A DNA stretch of 64,000 bases, taken from the IMG/VR virus record IMGVR_UViG_3300044535_002275, positions 32,001 to 96,000 of that record; one strand, given 5' to 3'. How positions within the stretch are numbered: the stretch's first letter is position 1; every line of letters begins with the position of its first letter. The stretch comes from a virus. Made by a program: the position numbers and the translations under genes. Positions 33,401 to 42,016 of the stretch are shown here, piece by piece. Below the pieces are notes generated by a model. The model did no database searches, was not told the DNA's origin, and was given only the letters and a program-made list of their open reading frames with translations.

Positions 33401-33675
33401 CACATTACAACAGTGATCCTTGGAGCACATGGCGTACTGCATTTAGAGAAGTTGTTAAACTACGACACTATTACAAAACCACGCCAGATGTTGAAACAGA
33501 GTACAGACTAGATGTATGGCAAAAACGTGCAGAAGGCGATTATGCCGAATGGAGTCTACGCGGAGCGCAAGACGCTATGGATTATTATGATTCGGTGTCG
33601 GGAAATTATGACAGCTTGTTGCTGACGTTTGAATGGGCTTGGCTACGTGACTATTTCAATAATCTTACAACTTGA
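30454..33675 (+). CDS. Large multidomain GT-A-like repeat protein
   Basis: Six tandem ~65-aa repeats (FDYSW.P.P.DPPY.Y.FGNQW...GAT..KY) plus about four GT-A-like domains; the last is homologous to 15932..16858. Confidence 0.65.
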   Translation: MFDIFYLGKKPNLFAHERAVDNIEQAQQLSRTRYFWIVDYLSDYTGWDWLWEPVPWQSHQRHAWPSQHQLDSGTYLVPKLGYAETNYHTDQTIIRLPSYDNWEILEKIDDLQWDWSWHPNASDPAYIYDFGNQWNPPEYKASVRYHVSEATETKYISHIRTVRLPQPGLFRHNLAVSSFDYSWEPNPFDPPMTYVFGNQWNPAVLEPTVIYDTPTATEIKYIDDISAVVAKDMSHWQILDDIIDFDYSWRPNPTDPPYIYIFGNQWLSPEQRPALKYVVPGATDIKYMDEPKAVRVADPDKFETLHECDFDYSWEPDPGSPPYDYVFGNQWWPAEIMPTVRYNMLGATDIKYIDQPMARLPERHDNHWETVIDCEWDYSWIPDPGDPPYIYVFGNQWYSAEVMPTVKYHVAGATQEKYLDYPAAKLLPSIEYWSIPEEVDRVNIDFSWVPHPNDDPYIHHFGSEYQVSVGLTYTVPGATELKFEGEIPLLSKEKKAIDVVDMFFIDRSNAMSNTRFQDLQERYPHIQRVRYVNSIMDTINRCLSKSKTNRFWVIGSENVYDNFDFAWHAQPWQSSMTHVFGSQWNKWSDTFLINKWEFERHAKWAKGIEQFPNLNFVSDQTVTAPADAADIYVIDHGNSENKQVLEFLQQRYRVVKQARYFDNYLDTLKRLLQDVSAEHVWVVSSICDYSRFDFSWQPEAWQRDMLHVFPSKEQKFGDTFYVPVAALRNQITKLELLDWFDTINYCNDQCVPRWDMPVFIHQQDSHVDFVKTVNVAAPLVLISNREIKQQDLPTVNLWREKTKTIVPLDAGGTAVIVPRTAIGSIQQQFYDYPYIDKSYRRLEDHLLDIVFLSNGEPNAGANWHHLQNIAAGRGNRCIRIDGVNGRSAAYKAAAAASETPWFFSVFAKLEIDPTFDFTWQPDRMQQAKHYIFNSRNPVNGLEYGHQGLIAYNKKLVLATEEIQGLDFTLSQPHGVEPILSGVAHYNSDPWSTWRTAFREVVKLRHYYKTTPDVETEYRLDVWQKRAEGDYAEWSLRGAQDAMDYYDSVSGNYDSLLLTFEWAWLRDYFNNLTT
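30790..31910 (+). repeat. Six coding tandem repeats of ~195 nt (coordinates approximate)
   Basis: Recurring gattatagttgg and tttggtaatcaatgg variants, and gcaactgatatcaagtacat twice. Confidence 0.8.
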
Positions 33676-34736
33676 TCGGCAATGTATTCTACTTCTGTAT
33701 CGGTTAGTTCTGGATAGATCGGCAAGCTTAAAACCCTGCGACTTAATGCACTAGAGCAACTCAGCAATGAGTTTGGCCCTTGATAATAATCATACAGCGG
33801 TTCTTCGTGTAAGGGCTTGGCATAGTGTACTTTGGCTTCAATACCACGAGTGAGAAGATCTTGTTGTACCAGATCTCGATTGTCGATTTCGATAACAAAT
33901 TTATGAAAGCAGTGATGATACATCATGTCGCCTGAGATCAGGGTCTTTACTGCAGCTTCTTTGAAGCAACTATTATAATAAGCAGCAATTTGCTGACGTC
34001 GATTTTGCCAATCGTGTATATGATTGGCTTTGATCATCATTAACGCACAATCCAGCTCGCTCATCCTACTATTGGTACCTACAGTGGTACCGCTGGTCAC
34101 AGAGTTTGTTCTCCATTGACGTACAAACTCTGCTAGTTTACTGTCTCTGGTGACAACAGCGCCACCGTTACCGTAGCAGGCCAAATTCTTGGTGGGATCA
34201 AAACTAACAGCAGTTGCTGATCCCACACGATTACCGCTATCAGCTAGCCAGTGTTGAGCACCATCTTCAATTATTATGACATCTCTATAAAGCCAATCTT
34301 GCCATTGCTTCACATAGCCCATGTGCCCCACACTAGCACCATACAAGCCCACTATGACTACAGCTTCGTAATCGATCTTTTCGGGCAAAGAATCAAAATT
34401 CAATAGCCCGTATCGGTCGGTATCAACAAAACGTATGTTCCACCCTGCACGTATGAATGCATTGGCAGTGGCGCGATATGTAAGTGCAGGAATTAAAACT
34501 GTAGGAGTATATGGAAACTTTTTTCTATAAAATTCAGCAGTGGCTTCTAGTGCATGTGTTCCTGAATGCACAGTTACGGCATGTTTACTGCTGTTGTATT
34601 TTGCAAGCCACTGTTCGAATTCTTCAGTATACTGACCATTCATAAGATAGCCCGAAGCGTAAACTTGGGCCACTACAGGATCGATTTCGTCTTTTAATGA
34701 AAGGTACTGACGATCTAACCCGTTGAACTTGATCAT
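33651..34736 (-). CDS. DegT/DnrJ/EryC1/StrS PLP-dependent sugar aminotransferase
   Basis: SGTHAL, IEDGAQ, SFDPTKNL (PLP Lys), GNGG, LSLPIYPEL. Confidence 0.93.
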   Translation of the reverse strand: MIKFNGLDRQYLSLKDEIDPVVAQVYASGYLMNGQYTEEFEQWLAKYNSSKHAVTVHSGTHALEATAEFYRKKFPYTPTVLIPALTYRATANAFIRAGWNIRFVDTDRYGLLNFDSLPEKIDYEAVVIVGLYGASVGHMGYVKQWQDWLYRDVIIIEDGAQHWLADSGNRVGSATAVSFDPTKNLACYGNGGAVVTRDSKLAEFVRQWRTNSVTSGTTVGTNSRMSELDCALMMIKANHIHDWQNRRQQIAAYYNSCFKEAAVKTLISGDMMYHHCFHKFVIEIDNRDLVQQDLLTRGIEAKVHYAKPLHEEPLYDYYQGPNSLLSCSSALSRRVLSLPIYPELTDTEVEYIADQVVRLLK

Positions 34737-35701
34737 GCTTTGAGTTTCTGTTGCCAGTAAGAAGAATTCTTAAGCCATTGGTAATAGATATCGAAACCTT
34801 CTTCCATGTCCACTCGAGGATTGTAGCCCAGGTCGGCTCTGGCAGCATCGATGTTTAAAGCACCGCGGCTAGGAAAATCCAAGTCGCGATCTCTCACATT
34901 GATTGACCCTTTTCCGGCAATCTTGACTGCCAGTTCAGCAGCTTCTAGTAATGTCTTGCTATGGCTCTTGGTAATGTTGTAGGTTCGGTTGTTGGCAATA
35001 TCTAACGTGGTAGCAGCCGCAATGCCATCAGCGGCATCGTCAACATAGGTAAAGTCTAGTGTTTCGTTAGCACCGTTGACATTAAGTGTTTCGCCACGCA
35101 TGGCTGTCAACAAGAACTTGCTGATTACGCGATCGTTTACATCTAATGGTCCGTACACAGCACTGGGACGAATGATCACATGTGCCATGCCGGTTTTTCT
35201 AGTATAGTCCTTGACCAGCCATTCTCCGGCTAACTTTAAGATACCGTATTGTCCTTGAGGACGACACGCAGCATCTTCACGTACTTGATCGGTAAAATCG
35301 CCGTAGACCATACTGCTACTGATATAAACAAACTTCTTTACTTGATGTTGAGTAGCCAGTTCTAACAAGTTTAGCAAACCTTCACTCATGGTCTGACTAC
35401 CCAATTGTGGATTTACATTTACAACCTTTTGTCGCGGAAAGCTGGCCAAGTGAACAACAGTGTCAATCTTGTGTTGTTCGATTAGATTGCTCATGGCCTC
35501 GGCTGCAATGTCTGTGCGATAAATCTGACCAGTAGTGATTTTCTGTCGACGTTCGGCAAACAGGTAGTCCATTTCGTCTTTGGGAATAAGACCGTAGTCG
35601 GTGAAGTTGTCAGCAATGACAACTTCTTGTCCTTGTGATTCTAAACGTTGCACTACATTGTGTCCGATAAGCCCAAGCCCGCCAGTTACTAGTATTTTCA
35701 T
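34733..35701 (-). CDS. NAD-dependent NDP-sugar epimerase/dehydratase (extended SDR)
   Basis: GGLGLIG, SSSMVYG, YGILK, RPSAVYGP, DFTYVDD. Confidence 0.93.
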   Translation of the reverse strand: MKILVTGGLGLIGHNVVQRLESQGQEVVIADNFTDYGLIPKDEMDYLFAERRQKITTGQIYRTDIAAEAMSNLIEQHKIDTVVHLASFPRQKVVNVNPQLGSQTMSEGLLNLLELATQHQVKKFVYISSSMVYGDFTDQVREDAACRPQGQYGILKLAGEWLVKDYTRKTGMAHVIIRPSAVYGPLDVNDRVISKFLLTAMRGETLNVNGANETLDFTYVDDAADGIAAATTLDIANNRTYNITKSHSKTLLEAAELAVKIAGKGSINVRDRDLDFPSRGALNIDAARADLGYNPRVDMEEGFDIYYQWLKNSSYWQQKLKA

Positions 35702-36012
35702 TTGAATTTCAATTTAAAAAATAATTCGTGTTGTTCAGTTAATCTTGCTGTAATACAGTACCGATACGAGTAGTAACCGACACAGCGACGCCATTGCGGC
35801 TGTTCTACGCTGTGTTCCATAACCCATTTACCAGCTTCGCTATGTTGCCACGCTAGCAAAGGTTCAGCAGCATAGACATCGGGATCTTCAACGTCGCCTA
35901 CGGAGAATTCATGCACGACAACTGTAGATATCTTAACTGGTTTGCTGTTTACTAGTTGCCACTGCGGCTCTTCATGAACGTTGCTAACAGGAAACTGATT
36001 AGTATAAGCCAT
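35698..36012 (-). CDS. Hypothetical phage protein
   Basis: 104-aa ORF coupled to the epimerase. Confidence 0.6.
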   Translation of the reverse strand: MAYTNQFPVSNVHEEPQWQLVNSKPVKISTVVVHEFSVGDVEDPDVYAAEPLLAWQHSEAGKWVMEHSVEQPQWRRCVGYYSYRYCITARLTEQHELFFKLKFK

Positions 36013-36039
36013 ATTTTTATGTTAACACATTTGGCATTC

Positions 36040-36726
36040 TTATACAACCGGTACTAGATTTTTAGCCATTGGAAAAATTTCTGCAATAACCTTTGCACAA
36101 GCCAACGCAACCAATTGATGTTCTTTTTGTGTACCATTGGCGCTTCTTAATTCAATAAAATGAATCCAAGATCTTAAGGTGCCATTCATGTATAGTCGAC
36201 TTACGGTATTACCTTCGGGCAATACTGCACGAGCTTGCTCTTTGGCAATACCATTATGCACCGCCCAAGTGTAGGCTTCTTTGGCAGCCGCAATCACTGC
36301 CTGTTGTTTTTCTACCCATATGTTATTCAACTCACGTTGATTGGGATCAGCGAGGTCAAGATCAACTGAGTTCTGTCGATTTTTTGTATCTTGAAAACGT
36401 GCTTCTCGAATTTCGAAATCTAGATCTTTAGTGGGATCCGCATAACGCTGACTAAACTCTTGGAAAGCAAAGCTACGATGACGTAAGATTTGTCGAGCAA
36501 TATCTCGAGTAGTTGTAATTTCAACACAGGCCGAAACCATTTCCAAAGGCGACCAATGAGCATGTTTGACCAAATAATTGATCAGTTTTTCGCTTGTTTC
36601 GGTGTTGAGTTGATTTGATGGGTTACTGACCCGGGCGCAAAATGCAATAAGTTCTTGCACGTTGTCAATTCCCAAGTCAGCAAACTCCACTGTGGGAGCA
36701 GAGCTTGAGACTAGGCGTACTTGCAT
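36040..36726 (-). CDS. thyX: FAD-dependent thymidylate synthase
   Basis: HWSPLE, RHRSFAFQEFSQRY (RHRx7S motif), EQARAVLP, TQKEH. Confidence 0.95.
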   Translation of the reverse strand: MQVRLVSSSAPTVEFADLGIDNVQELIAFCARVSNPSNQLNTETSEKLINYLVKHAHWSPLEMVSACVEITTTRDIARQILRHRSFAFQEFSQRYADPTKDLDFEIREARFQDTKNRQNSVDLDLADPNQRELNNIWVEKQQAVIAAAKEAYTWAVHNGIAKEQARAVLPEGNTVSRLYMNGTLRSWIHFIELRSANGTQKEHQLVALACAKVIAEIFPMAKNLVPVV

Positions 36727-37028
36727 TAGATACCTCTTAGAAGTTTGTCGGTTTCGGGTTGTATAATCTCAGCAACAGCTTCGACATCCAATACCAATTC
36801 CATCGAAGCAATTAGTCCATCATTGTCGCTGATATATGTTGTAACTGCATGTTCAATGCTGTCGTTGTCGAATCCTTGTTTGCGTAATTGACGCAAGTTG
36901 ATGGTTTTTTGTTTACGATCGGTAGTTTTAAAAACTACTTTTTTAACACATTCGATTGGACAATGATTTTTGTCAACATCGTTGACTATTTGTTCCCACC
37001 GTTGTAAGAAATCTCGATCAAGCTGCAT
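36726..37028 (-). CDS. Hypothetical phage protein
   Basis: 100-aa ORF in the operon. Confidence 0.6.
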   Translation of the reverse strand: MQLDRDFLQRWEQIVNDVDKNHCPIECVKKVVFKTTDRKQKTINLRQLRKQGFDNDSIEHAVTTYISDNDGLIASMELVLDVEAVAEIIQPETDKLLRGI

Positions 37029-37692
37029 CGACAGTTTTCACCTTCTTCTGCCGTCCGCGTTTGGGTTTAGGTGCTCCGCCGGCCATAGCTTCGGCTTCAG
37101 CTTTAAGCCTGGCACTTTCAGCCAGCAGGCCACGTGCTTCTGCTTCCATGCGTGTGGCCTGGGCCAGACGATCTTTAGCTAACGCAGCATCATCAAGAGC
37201 TTTAGCAGCATCAGAACCAGCAACTTCAGACAATCGTTGTGGCGCCGGTGCACCAACTTCTCTTCCGTAATCATCACGTCGTCGTGCTTTACCAGTCATG
37301 CCACGATTAGAATCCAGCTCGGCCATTTCTCGAATAGCAGATTCGCCCATCTTCATTTTACGAATAATCTGATTCATCTCGTCAAGATTAACTGAACTGC
37401 TGGGAGTAGGAGTAACAGTTACTTGTTTGGCTTGTACTTTTTTAATCATGCCTTCAGTATGTAAGGTCTGCAACATAGGACGTCCATCTGGTAATAGATT
37501 GCGAAACAAAGCATCGCCTAAGTTTTCTGCAGTTTGTCCTTCGGCAGATTCGATTACTCGCATAATCGAATCGTGCATATGTACCGGCATGATGTCAGGA
37601 TAGACAACTAATGCCATATGATCTTCTCCGGGAACTTCTCTAAATACAATAGCAACCTTTCGATCACCGTGTTTTCCAATATGTTTAATCAT
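37018..37692 (-). CDS. Hypothetical phage protein with a coiled-coil and basic tail
   Basis: 224 aa; GGAG RBS upstream. Confidence 0.65.
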   Translation of the reverse strand: MIKHIGKHGDRKVAIVFREVPGEDHMALVVYPDIMPVHMHDSIMRVIESAEGQTAENLGDALFRNLLPDGRPMLQTLHTEGMIKKVQAKQVTVTPTPSSSVNLDEMNQIIRKMKMGESAIREMAELDSNRGMTGKARRRDDYGREVGAPAPQRLSEVAGSDAAKALDDAALAKDRLAQATRMEAEARGLLAESARLKAEAEAMAGGAPKPKRGRQKKVKTVDAA

Positions 37693-37886
37693 TTTGCTTC
37701 TCCTTGTTGGGCGGACTCGGCTGTAGCAACTATATGCTCTAAAAAGCCAGTCAGTTTGTCGTAAAGTTCTCCGACAGTGGTCATTTCCTCAGCACGAAAT
37801 GCGCCGCGTTCGCATGCAACGCTGATAAGGTTTTTAACCACAGCTAAATCGTTAATTGTAATTTGGGGTGTTTGGTGTTCATCCAT
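37689..37886 (-). CDS. Small hypothetical protein (MDEHQ..., 65 aa)
   Basis: TAAATA just upstream; the longer track ORF runs through a terminator. Confidence 0.6.
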   Translation of the reverse strand: MDEHQTPQITINDLAVVKNLISVACERGAFRAEEMTTVGELYDKLTGFLEHIVATAESAQQGEAK

Positions 37887-37902
37887 GTAAATATTTAACA
37901 GT

Positions 37903-37937
37903 AAAAAGAAACCCCGAATTAAAATATTCGGGGTTTT
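37903..37937 (-). terminator. Rho-independent terminator after the vWA gene
   Basis: AAACCCCGAAT-N6-ATTCGGGGTTT then CTTTTT on the minus strand. Confidence 0.75.
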
Positions 37938-37950
37938 GGACAAATTACTT

Positions 37951-39216
37951 TTACTCGTACAAAGCCCAAACTCCGAAAGGAGGATCGGGATTACGATCAC
38001 CGTGAATGACCCAGGTAGTGTCGCAGTAGTTCGGATCACCCCAACTACCACAGGGATAGCCATCTGTAAACACAATCAACTTCTTGGGTTCAATATCTTC
38101 GCGTTTTAGAAAGTCAAAGATAGCATCAAAATCAGTGCCACCGCCACCTTTAATTTCATAATTAGAAATATCTTCGAGATTATCGCTGGTAAACAACTGC
38201 ATATTATAAACTTCGGTGTCGAAACAGGCTACATGAATACGATAGTCTTCAAATGTTTCCATGATACCCTTGATTTCGCTAATGAAATCTCGCCCTTGTT
38301 CATCGCTGATTGATCCAGACATGTCAATAAACACAGCAATATCAATAGCATCTTGTGTACGCATACCAGGCATAACAGCATCCATTTCCCATCCTTTTCG
38401 GCTGCTCTTCATCCAAGTATAATCGCTCTTAACTGTACTTTGTATTTGCTGCAGAATGAGTTCGCGCCAGTTTAGCTTGGGCTCTGTTAGTGTCTCAATC
38501 ATGCGTTTGACGCCAGCTGGGATATTGCCGGCATCGCAGGTCTGTGCAGCACTGAGCATGGCTTCTTTGATTTCGTCGCGAATAGCAGCACGTTCTTCTT
38601 CGGTTAGTCGTGGACGTCCTTTGCCGTTCTTGCTGTCTTTTCCTTCTTGCCCGTCGGCATCGTCGCCGTCGATATGATCATCTAACATCTTGTCAATGAG
38701 ATCATTGATGTCGATTTTTTCAGCGTTTTCGTACAAGTCGTCGTAGACTTGTTCTGCACTCATACCATCATATTTTTTGTCGTATAGACAAGGCACCGAA
38801 GTTATAAAGTCGCCAATTCGGTGTTTCTTTAGATCAGCATTGTTGCAGAAATCTGCAGCAATATTCCATAGTCTAGGATCTCGACTACCTCTACGACCAA
38901 AATGGTCGTAGATCACATGCAAAACTTCATGCCCAAACAAGAATTCAATTTCTTTAGTTTTGAGCATTTTAATAAAACGAGTATTGTAATAAAAGTTTCG
39001 ACCGTCAGTGGCAGCAGTAGCGCACCACTCGTCGGCATTGACCAATTTCAAACGAGTAGCTAAGTTACCAAAAAAACTAGCCTTTAGTAGCATGCCAACT
39101 CTGGCCGTGATCAGCAATTCTCGGACTTCACGATCAAGCTTGGGGTCAGTTGGACCAATCAATTCAGCAAACCGCTTGGCGTCATCTTTGTTGGAAGTGT
39201 CTGTTGCTGTAGTCAT
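37951..39216 (-). CDS. Metallopeptidase-vWA protein (DUF2201-type), MoxR partner
   Basis: TAATDG, HEVLH (HExxH), DMSGS (MIDAS), GGGGTDF, FTDGY. Start set at 39216, downstream of the promoter and GGAG. Confidence 0.85.
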   Translation of the reverse strand: MTTATDTSNKDDAKRFAELIGPTDPKLDREVRELLITARVGMLLKASFFGNLATRLKLVNADEWCATAATDGRNFYYNTRFIKMLKTKEIEFLFGHEVLHVIYDHFGRRGSRDPRLWNIAADFCNNADLKKHRIGDFITSVPCLYDKKYDGMSAEQVYDDLYENAEKIDINDLIDKMLDDHIDGDDADGQEGKDSKNGKGRPRLTEEERAAIRDEIKEAMLSAAQTCDAGNIPAGVKRMIETLTEPKLNWRELILQQIQSTVKSDYTWMKSSRKGWEMDAVMPGMRTQDAIDIAVFIDMSGSISDEQGRDFISEIKGIMETFEDYRIHVACFDTEVYNMQLFTSDNLEDISNYEIKGGGGTDFDAIFDFLKREDIEPKKLIVFTDGYPCGSWGDPNYCDTTWVIHGDRNPDPPFGVWALYE

Positions 39217-39245
39217 ATGGTTACTCCGTTGTTTCAGTATAATAC

Positions 39246-39274
39246 ATTGTAGCATTAATGGTTTTTCTGGTCAA
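39246..39274 (-). promoter_or_regulatory. Sigma70 promoter
   Basis: TTGACC-N17-TACAAT. Confidence 0.65.
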
Positions 39275-39635
39275 CCGGGTGTGCCAAGCAAAACAAAGTA
39301 AGTTCCTGTTGTGTTGCCACATATATACGGTATTCTCCATCTACCCCGTTTGTCCACGACCATAATGGGTTGCATTCCGCAGGTATCGAGTCTTGGCCAA
39401 CAGGTGCAGCAATAGACCATTTTTTAGCAGCAACATAGTTGGTATACCAGTCGTGTATCTTGCGATACAAGCGGACTTCGGCACTCCAACCATATGTATT
39501 GGTAAACCATTGTTGAGCTCGGCAAAACAATAAGGGGCCTTCGTTTTGTGCCATTCCGCCCGAGAATCCAATGTAATACTTGAAATATTGATGGTGCGTG
39601 TGGCGTTGATCCATCTGCCGTATAGTGTACATCAT
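39255..39635 (-). CDS. Hypothetical phage protein
   Basis: 126-aa ORF in the operon. Confidence 0.55.
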   Translation of the reverse strand: MMYTIRQMDQRHTHHQYFKYYIGFSGGMAQNEGPLLFCRAQQWFTNTYGWSAEVRLYRKIHDWYTNYVAAKKWSIAAPVGQDSIPAECNPLWSWTNGVDGEYRIYVATQQELTLFCLAHPVDQKNH

Positions 39636-39919
39636 AATGAGTATTTAAGGCCGAACAAGGTTGCATCTCGTGGATCAGAGAAGAAAAATTTCAGTGCCCA
39701 GGTGTTTACTTCGTTGTAAGATTCTGTTTCGAAATACCATCTACCGCGATTGGCTGGTCCAAAGTCTCGGGTTATTTCTCTTAGATATCGGCTAACTTCT
39801 AAATAATTATAAGGATCGAACACGATCCTTATAGTAGAAAGGGACGGTACTGGATCCAACGTAGTTCCATGTTCGATGAAATTGGTCGGATCCACCTCTA
39901 TACTCTTACGAGTTGGCAC
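39632..39919 (-). CDS. Hypothetical phage protein
   Basis: 95-aa ORF ending DATLFGLKY. Confidence 0.55.
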   Translation of the reverse strand: MPTRKSIEVDPTNFIEHGTTLDPVPSLSTIRIVFDPYNYLEVSRYLREITRDFGPANRGRWYFETESYNEVNTWALKFFFSDPRDATLFGLKYSL

Positions 39920-40994
39920 TCAAGATGTACTTGCCAAACCGCTGGTGAAACTCGTCAAAATTCTTTAGTTTGGTTGGTTTGAACGGTAATGCATAAGTGG
40001 TAAGAGCAATCCTAGCACCCATGACAACCAGTTCGGTCTCAAAGTTCTTCATCATGTAAGCAAAGAAGTTGTCGGCCATTTCGTGAAACTTTTCGTCAGT
40101 TTCTTTGCGATCAAGTGCATCTTTGAGTTCGTAGCATAAACTAGTGACCAACGAGTACATGGCCGATACTTCTTTAACGTCAAGATCTTTGACCTTGCCC
40201 GACAAAATGTCTTCGGGCTTGGGCAAACGACTAGAAATCTTGCGATGTGCCATGAACTTGACAGCTAACCCTTCGCCGACTGTACCAGCAATCAAGTCGG
40301 TAGCAGTGACATCATCTAAATCCTCGTCTGCCAACAGCTCGCTTACAAAGAACCACGAGCGTGGTGTAGCAAAAGCACGTGAACTAGATTTAGCATCAAA
40401 ATCGTAGAGATCTTGCTTGGCAAAACTTATGTAACCCACAACATCTTTGTGAGTCTTGTTTTGCACAGCCCATTCGTGCCAGCTAGGAAAGTCTACTTTC
40501 ATTTCCAAGTGTACAAAGCGGTTAGACAACGGAGTAGGCATACGATAAGTAACACCCTTGTCGCTTTCACGATTACCGGCAGCAATCATGACCACATTGT
40601 CGGGCAATACATACTTGCCGCAGCGACGGTTAAGGATCAACTGATAAGCAGCAGACTGTACACCGGGCGGAGCCGAGTTCATTTCATCCAAAAATAACAC
40701 TATTACAGGGTACTGACTGGCTAGTTCTTCGTCAGGCAAATCAATTGGGGGAGCCCAATCCATTTTGCCAAGTTCTTTGTTATAGAAAGGAATACCACGA
40801 ATATCCGTGGGATCCATTTGTCCCAAACGCAGATCGATCATGAAACCTCCTAGTTCTTGAGCAATGTCAGCAACAACTTCGCTCTTGCCAATACCCGGAG
40901 GACCCCACAAGAATACAGGGCGTTTGGTTTTGAAGCATTTAACAATGCTCTTGCGGGCACCAACTGCTGTAACTGTACGGGTATCTACTGACAT
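39906..40994 (-). CDS. MoxR-type AAA+ ATPase
   Basis: Walker A GPPGIGKS, Walker B LFLDEMN, AAGNR, NRF. Confidence 0.9.
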   Translation of the reverse strand: MSVDTRTVTAVGARKSIVKCFKTKRPVFLWGPPGIGKSEVVADIAQELGGFMIDLRLGQMDPTDIRGIPFYNKELGKMDWAPPIDLPDEELASQYPVIVLFLDEMNSAPPGVQSAAYQLILNRRCGKYVLPDNVVMIAAGNRESDKGVTYRMPTPLSNRFVHLEMKVDFPSWHEWAVQNKTHKDVVGYISFAKQDLYDFDAKSSSRAFATPRSWFFVSELLADEDLDDVTATDLIAGTVGEGLAVKFMAHRKISSRLPKPEDILSGKVKDLDVKEVSAMYSLVTSLCYELKDALDRKETDEKFHEMADNFFAYMMKNFETELVVMGARIALTTYALPFKPTKLKNFDEFHQRFGKYILSANS

Positions 40995-41049
40995 AGTGTT
41001 TCCTTAGGGAGAGGGATAAAATTAAATTCTGTATTGCTAGTGAAATACT

Positions 41050-41078
41050 ATTATAGCGTTTCGTAGATTACTGGTCAA
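41050..41078 (-). promoter_or_regulatory. Sigma70 promoter
   Basis: TTGACC-N17-TATAAT. Confidence 0.75.
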
Positions 41079-41274
41079 CTAGACCTTTACCTACTTCGGT
41101 TTGTTCGATGTAGTTGGCTAGCGTATTAACAACAACCATGACCGCAGTCATGACAGCCGCAGGATTATCTGTGCCTTTGGCAATACTGTAAGCATAGTCC
41201 AAAGCTTCGTCGAAGGAGGCACGGTCTGCAAAAAGATTATTTCGGATGGATTCGGCAAGTCCAGTCGGTGTCAT
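41068..41274 (-). CDS. Small hypothetical protein
   Basis: 68 aa; GAGG upstream. Confidence 0.55.
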   Translation of the reverse strand: MTPTGLAESIRNNLFADRASFDEALDYAYSIAKGTDNPAAVMTAVMVVVNTLANYIEQTEVGKGLVDQ

Positions 41275-41275
41275 A

Positions 41276-41497
41276 TTAGGCCTCTACTGACAAGTCTGAC
41301 ATGTTGGGAAAACGACCAGTGGCCTTGTAAGTATTCACAGCTGAATAACCTGCTTCTAAGGCATAGTCAGCGTCGGGGAAAATAGCCGCGCTGGTGAATA
41401 CCGCAATATCACCGTGACGGTCAAATACTTCAATAGACACTTCATAACGATCAACAGCTTCGTTTAGCTTGATTTCGGTGACTTGAGCTTGACGCAT
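41276..41497 (-). CDS. Small hypothetical protein (MRQAQ...)
   Basis: AAGGAG RBS before ATG 41497. Confidence 0.55.
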   Translation of the reverse strand: MRQAQVTEIKLNEAVDRYEVSIEVFDRHGDIAVFTSAAIFPDADYALEAGYSAVNTYKATGRFPNMSDLSVEA

Positions 41498-41507
41498 TGA
41501 GTACTCC

Positions 41508-41786
41508 TTAGATACGAGTAAGATTAATAACACGCCCAGGATAGTCGTTGTAGGAAACTCTAAGTGGAACAAACACAATTTCGCCAACGCGGCTACCATA
41601 GCCGCGTTCTTCAAATCGCTTGCCGTCAAACTCATCTACCAGCACACGGATTTTGACGGCAGCATAGCCTGGCTCATTTGTCATCTCAAGCACACGGCCT
41701 TCGACAAAACAGTCGGAACGGCCGTACATGGGTTTAAAATCATATGAACGAATAACATCGTTCTTTTCAATTTTTTCTACTAGCAT
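41508..41786 (-). CDS. Small hypothetical protein (MLVEK...)
   Basis: GGAG RBS; downstream of the promoter at 41817-41845. Confidence 0.6.
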   Translation of the reverse strand: MLVEKIEKNDVIRSYDFKPMYGRSDCFVEGRVLEMTNEPGYAAVKIRVLVDEFDGKRFEERGYGSRVGEIVFVPLRVSYNDYPGRVINLTRI

Positions 41787-41816
41787 GATCTGCTCCGTTT
41801 TGTTCACTGTAAATAC

Positions 41817-41845
41817 ATTATAGCAAATGGTGTATTTCCGGTCAA
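41817..41845 (-). promoter_or_regulatory. Sigma70 promoter
   Basis: TTGACC-N17-TATAAT. Confidence 0.75.
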
Positions 41846-41879
41846 CCAAAAGAAAGCCCCAAATTGCGGAGCTTTTTAG

Positions 41880-41897
41880 TGTTGTAAAAAAACAACA
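41880..41897. promoter_or_regulatory. Palindromic operator-like site TGTTG-N8-CAACA
   Basis: TGTTGTAAAAAAACAACA; related copies at 47183-47200 and 47293-47310, half-site at 47125-47142. Confidence 0.5.
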
Positions 41898-41921
41898 GTT
41901 ATCTAACAGATTATAAATATA

Positions 41922-42016
41922 TTTGTTAGCGCCGATTATCGCAATTGACGCAGAATATATCAAAACGCCTGGCACGTTATGCCTTTACTGTAGTGTTGCT
42001 ACAGAACGCCAACAAA
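41922..42016 (+). ncRNA. Candidate structured RNA/leader after a TATAAATA promoter
   Basis: Outer stem TTTGTTAGCG/CGCCAACAAA enclosing the hairpins GGCA-CGTTA-TGCC and CTGTAG-TGTTG-CTACAG. Confidence 0.35.

Noticed and set aside
33651-36726. thyX as part of a DNA hypermodification pathway
   Set aside because: It looks like a canonical ThyX and no hydroxymethylase, TET/JBP or dpd gene is in the window. DNA as the glycan target is unsupported here, though not excluded.
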